From Psilocybe cubensis (Eukaryota), in contig CM039002.1 in NCBI GenBank assembly GCA_017499595.2, positions 2,728,001-2,792,000 on the forward strand: a stretch of 64,000 nucleotides of DNA, written 5' to 3'. This document shows positions 1-11,159 of the stretch, piece by piece. A program made the translations under genes and the position numbers. The notes below the pieces were generated by a model. It was not told the origin of the DNA. It did no database searches and worked only from the letters and a program-made list of their open reading frames with translations. Position 1 is the first letter of the stretch, and each line of letters opens with the position of its first letter.

Positions 1-949
1 TTGTACGCGCTCAATGCAGCTTATCACCCCGCTCGCGCGGTACCTTAACACACTCATACCTTCACCTGACGAGGTGCACGGGCATCGCGCAGCTGTAGCA
101 GCTGGGCACGCACATACACGTACCCAACAAAACCCCGCATCCAAGCAACCACAAACGTGGAGCGCAGGATCAGGGCTACGATATTTAGCGTCGACGGCCT
201 CGTTACCTGCACCCGCCAGGGGTGGAACGTCGTCGCAGTCGCAGTCACCCTCGCCATCGCTTTCGTCTACACCCTCCCCGGCCAACTCTACGGGGAGCTC
301 GCCTGTCCCGAGTTTCAGGTCTGTCAATCTGACGAGCATGTCGAGTAGTAGCACGAGTACCACTCTCAATGCGGCTACAGCTAACGCTAGAGCCGGTATC
401 TCTGCTTCTACTTCTTCTGCTTCTACTTCTGCGTCTGGGTCGGGTTCTGGAGCCAATGCTAACGGCAATGCATTAAAAGCTGCGCCTACCCCCCTCCTGC
501 GTCTCAAACCCTTCAACTCCGCAGCCTTCCTCGCCTCACTCAAGACTTACGGTGGAGGCGTTGGAGGTCTCGGATCCGGGATGGTAGGCAAAAGCGGAGG
601 CGCGGGAGGCGCACTCGGCGGTGTAGGCTCATTATTACCATTTAAAAGTGCAAGTAAACGAATCGAATTTTACGAACGGTGAGTTTTCGTTTTTTTCGCC
701 TGTCTGACTGTCTGTCGTTTTCAATTTCCCGACATACATTTTATTTTACCAAATTGACATTGACGCGAGAGCTGACTTTTCCTCCTGCGATGTAATGCAT
801 GTAGATGGCTTAAATCCCCTGCGTTCGCGACGTGGCTTGCGCAGCAGGAGCAGATTGTGTTGAATGTGTTGAATGAGCCTGCTCCGTCAGGCACAACTTC
901 GATTCCGGGTTCTTCTCGCGCTCCCAAGGCCAACTCATCACAGCCATAA
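1..949 (+). CDS. 3' part of a DENND6/FAM116-like (DENN-domain, Rab-GEF family) protein; 5' end lies outside the window
   Basis: ORF 14-682 (LITPLARYLNTLIP...KPFNSAAFLASLK...FYER) splices across GTGAGT...GTAG (680-804) to WLKSPAFATWLAQQE...SSQP*, with TAA at 947-949. The 'FYER-W-x-KSPxFxxW' ending resembles DENND6 C-termini. Confidence 0.6.
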
Positions 950-2781
950 CAAAGGTGATCATCTTAATCCTCCCAGGGCTCCCAAGATAATGTTTCTACA
1001 CTCTTTCTTCGACTCGTTCATGTTTCATATTTCATCTTCACATTCATCACTCTTGCTTTATTTGTTTTCGGATGCCTATGGTCGGCGATACCGTAGTGAC
1101 TTTTTGCATTTCAATGTTTGGTGGCTCATCGAGATCATTGGGCTGTCTATGTACGTTTCTTTTTTTCATGTGGAGATCCGTAGAGTCAGGTGGAAGGTAT
1201 ACCGGTGTATATAGTAGATCCCGATTTTTTTTACGATATTAGTTCATTCGGTTACAAATACAATTTAGGGTTATGGTTTATTAGGGCATCATGCCAAGTA
1301 CATAATCGTGCCAAGCACATATGCATGAGTGCAACCCAGCGAACAAAGAGATTTCAGCGCAACCAACAATTGCGCAGTGATTGATATGCGACTATATACC
1401 TCTCCTCGCGCCAAAACTGTTTTTCTTGGGCTCCCAGTCGTTAGTTATAACTCGTAAAGCTACTTGAAGATTGGGGTGGAATACTACTTGAATCCTCAAC
1501 ACTGACTAATAAATCCGAAATCCGGATTCAAGTGAAATCCGGGTTTTTTTAAGCAAGCTATAAAACCTAACATGGTAAATCGCGAGTTACCCAACTTGGA
1601 TTAATTAGTATTTACATATGCTTTAATGCATTGTCACTTGTATATCTGCTCTATAATTGGACTTTCGGATATATTTGGTCGGATGGATTGTTGGCGCTTC
1701 GACAATCGAGAGTCGAAGGCACCAATGTGGGTGCGTATCGGAGTTCCGAATTTCATTTGCGTTTACGTTGGTGGTTGAAAGGTATGGGAAAAAGTAGATA
1801 TGTGTGTGGTAAACAGGCATACCACCTGGACAGCGTCCGCGCGGGCTGGGTCTCCACAAAGAACCTTCTAAGGGGCAGACGAAACTTGAGGCTTGCTGTG
1901 TTCAGCGCGGACGTTGGTCTAATCCGAATAAAACTAATACAGTATGTGGCTCGGGAGCTGTTTCTGCCGGAGCATGATCGAGCCAAACTTTCGCAAACTT
2001 CGCGGCCCATCACTCCACCACAATTAGATGGGGGATTCTTACGAATATGCTAGGAAGATTTATCGCTGATACAGATCCTTTGTTTGAAGATTAGAACCCT
2101 CACAATTGGGGGGACAGTGAGGAAAAATAATTGGGACCCGGGGGTCTAGGTCATGGATCTGTTCACCGGAAGTGGGGTGTGTCATAATCAGCGCCAAGTG
2201 AACATGTGCTCATATCGAGGAGATGAAGTATAACAATCGCAATACTCGTTGGTGCCTATAATATAGGCTATATGCTGGAGGCACTGGGGAGCCGTCAGTA
2301 AGGGCTGTCGCTTGAAAGTAAGGATTGCCTTCGAGGACGGGGCTGGTAGCATGTACAGAAGCTTACCACCCCCCCCTCAATGGGCATCGATTCAATAATC
2401 TAAACATAGACACAGCCTGTTCAAAGGTCCAAGCGCCTTCCTTATTAGGTCGTGAATAAAATTCTCGAAGCGCCAAATCCGTTATTCCAGGTCATATGAA
2501 CCTTATTCTAATTAAATGAGATCCAGTCAAAAAAAAAGCACACATGTGCGTTTCAGGCCGCAGCATCGCAATCTCTTTGTTTCGCGGTGTTGTGACGAGA
2601 ATATTTTTCTGTTTATTCAGAAGCGCGCCATAAACACCTACGCGTTACTGTTTGTTGGGCTGAGGGTATCAACCAAACCAGTCCGTGCGTTCCCCTTGAG
2701 GAAGGTTGGAGAGGGTATTTAACGCTTCTCCCCACGTCTCCGTCGGAGGTCCCTTCTCTCTTCACAAATTCAAAGTCCATT

Positions 2782-3741
2782 ATGTTCCGCTATCCTCTTC
2801 ACAACATCGAAGCTACTCAGGCATGGAGTTCAGATGAATTCCATTGGATGGACTTAGATATGGAGGATTCGGCTCAAAGTCTTTGCTTGTAATTCCGCTG
2901 ACTATCTGTGCTCGATCACATACTGATTGGTCACTTTCAGATCAATGAGCGTAGTAAACAACTGGGAGGACCTTTCCCCCAATTACGCCGAGAATAATCT
3001 AGCTACTCAGGCATGGAGTTCAGATGAATTCCATGGGATGCGCGTAGACGTGGAGGATTCAGCTCAAAGTCTTTGCTTGTAATTCCGTTGACTATCTGTG
3101 CTCGATCACATACTGATTGGTCACTTTCAGACCAATGAGCGTAGTAAACAACTGGGAGGACCTTTCCCCTATTTGCGGCGAGAACGATTCAGATGAAAGC
3201 ACAGAGAGTTCTGAAGAACAGGGTGACTATCTTCACTGAGGACCTCGACCTCGACTGACCTGTGTACTTTGCAGACTCAGATTCTCAAGCCGACTTGGAT
3301 GACGACGAGGATGCCCAGTGGGCAGATAAGGTCACATACGATCCGGGTAGTGGGCCAATTGCCAGTGACGAAGTCTGCACTAAGGGCAGGACTTTGCTGG
3401 AACCTGAGCCCGGCACAATCTGGGTAGCGACTAAATCGCCTTTTATTAAACAGATTATGAGCGTCAAGAAGAAGAAGGGTGTGGAGGTACTAACCAGCAC
3501 AGGTTATTACGTTTCTATCATTAAAAACTGTGGAAGTGTGGGGAAACACTTCGCAACCCTCAACCGTCATGTTGAGGAGACGTCGTGGCACTCAACGGCC
3601 ATTTACACCTGTTCTCTCGAGCACACAAAACCCTCGGGACCTCGTCAATTTCGCCGAAAAGACAAGCTACGCGACCATCTAAAGAAAGAACACAAGAAGA
3701 AAATAGAAGATTGTAATTTCGGAACCAAAAGACAGGTGTAA
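2782..3741 (+). CDS. Small zinc-finger protein ZF-1: acidic N-terminus with a 46-aa tandem duplication and two degenerate C2H2-like fingers
   Basis: ATG at 2782 (MFRYPLHNIEATQAWSSDEF). Three GT-AG introns (~2889-2940, ~3079-3130, ~3223-3273) give one open frame into ORF 3262-3741, ending ...NCGSVGKHFATLNRHVEETSWH...YTCSLEH...FRRKDKLRDHLKKEH. Confidence 0.7.
2811..3185 (+). repeat. Tandem duplication with 190-bp period (2811-3000, 3001-~3185) that includes an intron
   Basis: Both units start agctactcaggcatggagttcagatgaattccat and carry the near-identical 52-nt intron gtaattccg(c/t)tgactatc...tcactttcag. The 138 coding nt per unit preserve the frame. Confidence 0.95.
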
Positions 3742-4438
3742 TGTACTATAGTCGCGCTTTCCATGATTTATTCTCTCATTTCCTACACCATCATCGATTA
3801 TACCGATTTATGCACAATTTTTTCTTTTACTCTTGTATGACATTAGTGTATGCGCTTTAATGATATCAGCCCTATGGTGCAATTCATTTAATCACGTTCG
3901 GGTGATTGACTCGTCGTAGTACTGGATGTTTTGAATTGGAAGCATATGTTTTCAGACAATTAAGTATCATACGAGTCCAATCCTCATTGAATGTTATCAA
4001 ATTTCCAGTAATTTCACTTTTATTACTACTCTAAAATGTCGTGGCCCTCTTTTGGAGGCGTATCGTGCTAGCTATGCAAGTCCTGGGCCACCGGGCATTG
4101 ATATTGATCAGGGACAAAGCACCAAAATATCAGTCTCAGGTTGCTTGGTGATTGATTGTCGTCATAGATGGGCCATTGGCCTTAAGTGGCCCAAACAACG
4201 TATAAATCCACTTAAAAACAGACCTGAAAACTCTAGATCGTATATTCACCTTAGACGCAAGGCAGTTGTGGCATTTTAAGCAATACCTGGTACGATTTTT
4301 TGTTGAAGTTTTTTGGATTTAGGAGCATTTTCTGACTTAAAGACGCGTTCTTTTTCTATCCTTCCTGAAATCTCTCAAGGTTAAGTTTACTTGCTTTGAC
4401 GATTTGGCTTGGGGAGTCCGTATCACCTCCAGTGATTC

Positions 4439-5496
4439 ATGCCTACACGTTCCACAATCTCGGCCACTACAGGTATACGGAGAGGGGATTTTACTGTACC
4501 TGGAGTATCAACCCCCATGATTGACGCTGACATGAGTGCAGTATGTGTCATTTGCTTCGTTGTAAATGTTATTAAAACACAACAATTCATTGACACTTTA
4601 TTAACAATTTACATGCGCAGAAAATGCTGGCATTCACAACAGAAGTAGATGCAGACTATCTAAACTCCCCGGCTTTTGGTAGATTTGTCGAAAGAAGTTT
4701 ACGGGCAGAGGGACAAAATGTGAATGCCACCGAATGCAACACTGAGGACGACGAAGACACAAGTTCAATTGCCAGCGATATTTCAGGAGAGCAAACCAAA
4801 GGGTCTACAAGGTAGGTGATGATTTGTCATTTTTTACACTACTCCGAGAGCGTGACGTATTGCGGTTTAAGGCCAACGATACACGTTAACTTGGTGTCTA
4901 GAAACAAGAAAACAGAAATATCGATGTGGCATACCGTCCCAAGCTGTCCAAATCCAGAAGAGTCCTTCTGTTTTGACTCCCAATATAACCCCCTATTTCA
5001 GGATGAGAAGCCAGGAACTCATGGCAATCATTGTATCGTATTTTCTGTCGACATTCAATCGGCTAAATCGGCTACAGGTATGGGTAACGCAAACGTGATA
5101 TTCAGCGACATCGACAAACCAGAAACTGAGTTTCGAGCTAAGCTTTACCATTTGAATAATGAAGGAAGCAACGACGTTGACCACAGGCAGCCTACAGATG
5201 ATGATATTACGAGATATGCGTTTGAAAGCATTGTGGTAGACGCTCATACAGCTCTTGAAGGCAAATGCAACGAAAGCGGACATCAGAACTCTGTACTTCG
5301 GAAAAAAATCCCGGAGGACTTCGGCGGCGAGAACGTTCCTAGGCTGCAAGATTCTTCTACTAGATGCTATGACTGCGTTGATTCGAGGTCAGAAGCCGTA
5401 TCTTCGTTACACAAAAAGGATATAAGAAAACGACGTGCTACTGGAGGATTTTTCTTAAAGTCTCCAGAGACGGGATCATTCATAGCGATTGGTTGA
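4439..5496 (+). CDS. Hypothetical protein, 3 exons, ~305 aa, no recognisable domain
   Basis: ORFs 4439, 4624 and 4816 join in frame through introns 4541-4620 (GTATGT..GCAG) and 4812-4871 (GTAGGT..TAAG). Confidence 0.55.
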
Positions 5497-8100
5497 TGGT
5501 CTTTCCATAGAAAACGGGATAAGATCATGAATTTATTTCAGTATATAGTGGATTCATATGAATACATTCGTTGTACACAGAAACAATTGAGTGAAAACGT
5601 CACCTCAGTACCTTAGCCCTTGGAACATGTGAGAGCAAAACTTGCTTTTAAAGCAAGCTCACGATCGTCAACGAAGTTTCTCTGACGTCACCACGCCCTA
5701 CCAATTGTATGCGTCCCAGTTTATGATAGAGAAAATGATAAAACACTGAAAGCTCAAGGTCAACCTCCCTCCGTTCAAAAACAAGCTGTCTCATTTATAA
5801 AGCATTCAGTACAAAGCCATCACACGAGCGAGGTACCACCGCACAAACGACTATCAACCAGAAATATTCGTCCAGCTTCCGGTTCACGTTAGTTGAGCTA
5901 TTCTATACACATGTGCTTACACTGATATGGTGATGCATAGGTGATGACATAACCAAAAATTCTTCCCATAATCCGGGGAACTTGATAAAATTAACATATT
6001 TAAAACGCTGCGGTGGACGCGGGGTAGCAAACATACACGAAGGCCAATTTTGATGATACATACATAATATTAGGTCATGGTTAGGCTTGATAGGGGAGAT
6101 CCCACCTCACTTCGTAACCATCGAGCTCAGACTTAATCCTCCACTTGCATTGTGAAGGTCATTGAAAGTATAAAACCAAAGCTTTAAGGAACGCGATGAC
6201 GACGATCAATCGACCCTGCTCCGACCCTTTTCCATCCCTGAAGTTAATTACGAACCTAAGTGCCTTGCAGGGTCGACTTGGGGACACTAATTGATTCTGC
6301 CTTGGCCATAATGCTAGGTTCAGGGATGATGATATGATGCCTTTCAATTGAACAACTGTCTCGATACGCCGAGGTCTCCGTTGCTGATAACTTGCGTTTT
6401 TAGTACCAGGTGCATACGGTTGTGATGTGATGAGGATATGAATGAGGTTCGATGAAATCATGGTAATGATTGTGATTGATGAGAACCACATCTATTAACA
6501 TGGGTTGCTAAATACATCGGTACTAGCTTTCATCTGTTAAACAGACAGTCATCATACAGCATATTTATAGTCACCCTCATCGTTCTGCGAGTCAAAAATA
6601 TTGCTGCTATTAATGATTGATATGAGCCGTGATTGATGAGAAACCTATGCACGATTGACACACTCTACCCAGCATCGCTCTAAGTATCATGGGAGTTTAA
6701 TCGATGAGCGCAACCACTCGGAGACGTGTACACAGTGTACATTTTGAGCACCCTGTCAACTTCAAAATTGACCGTACGCTAGTCATTATTGAATCCCGCG
6801 CTCGAATCAACAGCTGCAATGACGCCGGGTGCAGGAATTAAGCAGGAATGCTTTTTTGACTATAAATATTGCAAAGCTCCTGGATCGCGGATACAGCAAC
6901 GTGCATGAATTATATCTCAAGTTCAATTCGATTTTGATTTGACTTCCTTGACTTTATTTTTGTTCAATTAACTATACAGAAAACATGGAGATGATGTAAG
7001 AGAGAGAAATACAAGACCGAATAAAAAGAAACACAAAGGCGTTGTACAACGATATGAACCCATATATATAGAGACACAGCAATAGAGAAAACGAAATTGA
7101 AGGGGAAAAGCGCAAAAATAGGGGTGCATAAGCACCTCTTTGCAAAGGCCGAAGAGGGAACGGTGAATGGCGGACGGCAGGGTAGGGATCGGCTTGCTGT
7201 GGCCGAAGCCATTGTACGTGAAGTACAGATGTCGACTATACTTGTGCCACAAAGATTGTCGCCGTTGTACGTCGTTATGTTGCATTCAAGGATCATCTGC
7301 GGTATGCCCGAGAATCTGGACCACACGAACGTGTACCCTGGGGAAGGAGAGGATATATGACGTGATGCGGGTGGACGCCCTCCCTCAAACTGGCTAGGGG
7401 TTGCCGAGACGATGTGCGTTGACGATTGTTGATGACGCGCACGCACAGAGGAGACAGAATAAGAAGGGGATAGGAGAGTCCACTTGAACGTTGGCAGCGC
7501 AGTGATATGCCACGACAGACGATGCTGGGCATGAGATGGAATGAAAAGAAGTGAAAGGAAGGTATGAATATGGCGAAGGTCACGAAATGACGAAGATGAT
7601 AGATGATAGATGATCCATGAATACAACTATAGATGAATGCATAGGCAAAGCGGAGGGTATGGAGGATGAAAAACAAAAGCAGAAACAATAGGTGTGAATG
7701 TGGATTGGACGTCGACCGCGAGCGAATAGTAATGTCTCCGGCAAGAATTAGATGTCGGCCACTGAAAGGCATGTGTGGAAAGATGGTATGTAATATGACA
7801 CAACAAAAGCAGAGTACATACAAAAGGCGAAAGAATGAAAACAACCGCAGGATAAAACGCCACCAAATTCAGAAGCGATCTTCCCAATAAATTTAAGACA
7901 AAAGAATGCCCAGGACCGAACAAAGAAAATAAGACCATAAACGACAGAGTGTGTCTGTTAACGGACAGTTAGGTCGTTGGCACAGTTGCACGCATCTGTT
8001 GTGATATAAATGCATACGCAGCAATATCGGCGATGTCGAAAAAGGAAAATCAATGCCTCGAAGTGATTGCGTGAAAGAAGCGCCGTCATCGTGCCACGTT

Positions 8101-9087
8101 CTAGGCAGAGCAGTCAATCATTTCCCAGTCATCCTGCACCCAAGGGCGGGTCGTAAGAACAGGCGTCGCCAGACTGTTGCCAGGAGGACTCAAGCTGATA
8201 GGCGCCGCTGCTGGGGGTGCTTCTGCCATGACATAGTCGAAGCCGTCCACGACCACTTCACTCTCCTTTTCCCTTTCCTGCATCCTCGCCTGCCGAGACA
8301 TCTCAAACTTCTCCAGCTCCGCTTCCCTTTCCTGCTGCAGTGCCACAATGCGTTCGAGCTCTTTGGTCGCGTTAATGATGGACATGGCGAGGCGTGGGCC
8401 CATGTGCAAAATCTTCTGCCCTTCAGGGCTACTCGACATATGAGTGATGATGGCCGTACGATAAAGCGAGTTGGCGCTGGAGTTTGTTTTGGCCTTGTCC
8501 CGCCTTCGAGCAAGAATGGAGGGGAGTTGGATGGGTACATTCCTTCGAGGCATAGGGGAAAGAGGAGATGTAAGGCGGAGGGAAAGATGTTGGGTAATGG
8601 GGCATTCCTTTGAAGGTAGGATGACCTTGGCGGGTGGTTTAGAATTGGATGAAGAAGGCAATGGTGGGGCAACCCGACGTTTGGGTGCCGATGGGATTGT
8701 GAGCAGACACGCGCTCGACGACGAACGACGAAGAGTAGAAGATTGTTGGGGTGGGGGTGGGGGTGTTGTTACAATAGGGGAAGGTGTGGTAGTCCCTGCT
8801 GCGGCAAGCTGTGCCTTACGCTTAAGGCGCTGGTCCTTGTAGTGGTGTATCACACGATACTGGTGCGACGGCATTTCGCCAGACGAGGTAGACGCAAGGC
8901 TCGGGAGTATGCTCATTGAGTCAGAGCGACGCAGGGTGGATGACATGTTAGTCCTCTGAAGCTTTGTCGGCGGGGCTGCTGTACTCGGTGTGGAGAATGA
9001 AGACGTGCGCTTCCTTAGCTGCACTTCAAGGGCCCTTGTTTCGTTATAAGTATTGCTTGATGTGGCTGTTAGTGTCGCAACAGACAT
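8101..9087 (-). CDS. Intronless Ser/Pro-rich hypothetical protein (328 aa) with a central helical/coiled-coil segment and C-terminal DDWEMI motif
   Basis: Long ORF with low-complexity N-half, helical block LYRTAIITHMSSSPEGQKILHMGPRLAMSIINATKELERIV, and a TATA-like element near 9197-9204. Confidence 0.8.
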   Translation of the reverse strand: MSVATLTATSSNTYNETRALEVQLRKRTSSFSTPSTAAPPTKLQRTNMSSTLRRSDSMSILPSLASTSSGEMPSHQYRVIHHYKDQRLKRKAQLAAAGTTTPSPIVTTPPPPPQQSSTLRRSSSSACLLTIPSAPKRRVAPPLPSSSNSKPPAKVILPSKECPITQHLSLRLTSPLSPMPRRNVPIQLPSILARRRDKAKTNSSANSLYRTAIITHMSSSPEGQKILHMGPRLAMSIINATKELERIVALQQEREAELEKFEMSRQARMQEREKESEVVVDGFDYVMAEAPPAAAPISLSPPGNSLATPVLTTRPWVQDDWEMIDCSA

Positions 9088-10471
9088 TTAAATTCAAGGA
9101 GAGTACAGGGGCTGGATGGGACGAGCCGCTGGGGACGGGTATGGGGATGGGTTTAGTTGAAGGGAAAGCGGAAACAAGAACTATTCAGCCCGGGCTTTTA
9201 AATAACAAGTCACTACCATTGGCCCTACCCCCATTTCAGCCAGTTCCTCCCATTATCTGTCACCGCTTCCCTTTGTTGATCTGTCACACGCTTCCATTGG
9301 CTGGGTAGTGGCGGTGCCCGTGAATGGGTGGACAGCCCGACAGGTGGAAGGGGAGATTGGACTCTGGAGATCTCACTTCCGCCATCCTCGCTCCTTTGTT
9401 GCATCATCATGATACTGATATACATTCGACAACAGTTTCAATCTGCCACTGATATCAACGTACTGAAACAGGTGTGTGCGAACTTCCTCAGATTTCTTTA
9501 AAGGTGAGTAGACATTTTAGGTTGATTTTAGGCGCGACATATTCTTAACAGAAGTGATGGCAAAGCAGATATGATATGTGCTAGTCTAGTCAAGCATGGT
9601 CAGCTACTAGTGCTTAGCTTTAAGCCACTTCCCACTAGAACCCCGGGCCTCAAAGGCTGGTGATGTGGACCAAGACTTTGTGCATCGAGCATAAAAACAG
9701 TCACATTGACGCCAGTTATTCAATACCCACTCGAGTCAGGTTAATCCTCGTAATGGAATAACGTGTTCTAGCACCGCTCTTGACCTACACCTGCCGATCT
9801 ACACACTCGAAAAGGTCAAAGAACACCTCAATTAATCCATAATCCATACCCACCCCTCAGGATAGCGCCGACTTTCGCCCGCTCTCCCTCCCTCCACCTC
9901 TACCTCTACCTCTGGCTCCGGCTCAGCCGCTATCGTTTCATGAAACTCAAAAAGTATGGCTTGAGGATTGTTGTCAAACTGCGCACGGCGGCGCAAGTTC
10001 GACCATATGATTCTCCCACCCATAGCCGGAGATACCCCGACGGCGAGAGGATGCTCACCGTTTCATGGCTTTTCGGTGCGTTCTCGGGCTGCACGCTGCA
10101 CGCTCCTCGACTTGCAGGCCATTTAAAAATCAATTCCTGCCAGAAAAAATCGGTGTTTTCAAGAACAGAGCAAGCCATCACCACTACCCGCTAATTCATA
10201 TGACTCGTCTTACCATTTTAGTGTGTCCTCGGACAGCACGCCACGCAGCTTATCCTATACGATGCAGCGTGCCGCCCGTCAAGTCTACTTGGATTTGCAT
10301 GATGAGAGCGCGCGATATGTCCGTCTGTCTGTCCACCACCGTGGTCTGTGTCTATTTCAACGCCATGTCTATTCTATGTTTGTCCACTGTCGTGCTACTC
10401 CTGCTCGTGTCTCAGTCACATCAGGCCACAGCTAGTCATACCTTCCCTCTGTCTCTGACGGACACCTTGAT

Positions 10472-11159
10472 TGTCAAGGTTACGACTTCGTTGCGGGGAT
10501 ACTGCCAGTTCTGTCTAGCTTTCGTGTTCTACACGTTTGATTAGATTTGTGCGCCGCTTCTCTATGTACGACAACAAAGCTGGAGGTTGGCTTGATTGGA
10601 TTCCGAGACTCGGAATGCATGTATGAGTCAGTCTAACAAAGAGAATACCCTCGCCGTGGTTGCTGTATTGGTGTACCTCTGCCTCAGCGCTGGTAATTCT
10701 TATCATGGTATCTCTTTATCTACCATGGAGTCTAATTTGACTTTAATAGCGACTCGTCAGTTCTCTTTCACAATAACTCTTTCACTCTTCGCCATTCAGT
10801 TCATTTCCGAACTACTCAATCATACCAGGTACTATCTACTCTCCGGCTTCATATTCTAAGACTTCTGTGCAGCAGTTTATGGCTTCAAAGGCCTTTGCCT
10901 TGTGCTTTCCAGCTGTTCCTGCCCTTTGATGACTGCTGGGCCTCCCCTGGAGATCCTGAGCCCTGAGGCACGCCACGGTCCTATTCCCGTTCGCACCGTA
11001 CCCATGTTCCAGGCTCATCCCGGCCTTTTCCGTGACTCTCCTCCGGGTTTGTAGTATGCCGATCACCGAGTCCCGAATCCCGAATCCGATACCGAACGTG
11101 ACTCATCGGGCGCCTCCCGACGCATCCCGACTCCCGACCTACCGACTCTTTTCCTGACA
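10472..11159. mobile_element. Possible degenerate solo LTR (~690 bp)
   Basis: Bounded by TGTCAAGG (10472) and CCTGACA (11159), i.e. imperfect TGTCA..TGACA inverted ends. Contains a cccga(a/c)t repeat cluster at 11067-11148. Flanks ttgat/ttcaa match at only 3 of 5 positions, so no clean TSD. Confidence 0.3.

Noticed and set aside
1255..1290. TTAGGG telomere-like words
   Set aside because: Only two scattered copies, not a tandem array.
1631..2053. 140-aa ORF
   Set aside because: Non-ATG start, no recognisable motif or splice support.
6964..7938. Several 100-220 aa ORFs on both strands
   Set aside because: Compositionally biased with no motifs; better explained as the 3' trailer of the 8101 gene.
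8101..8115. C-terminal CaaX prenylation signal (DCSA)
   Set aside because: The Cys is third from the end, not fourth.
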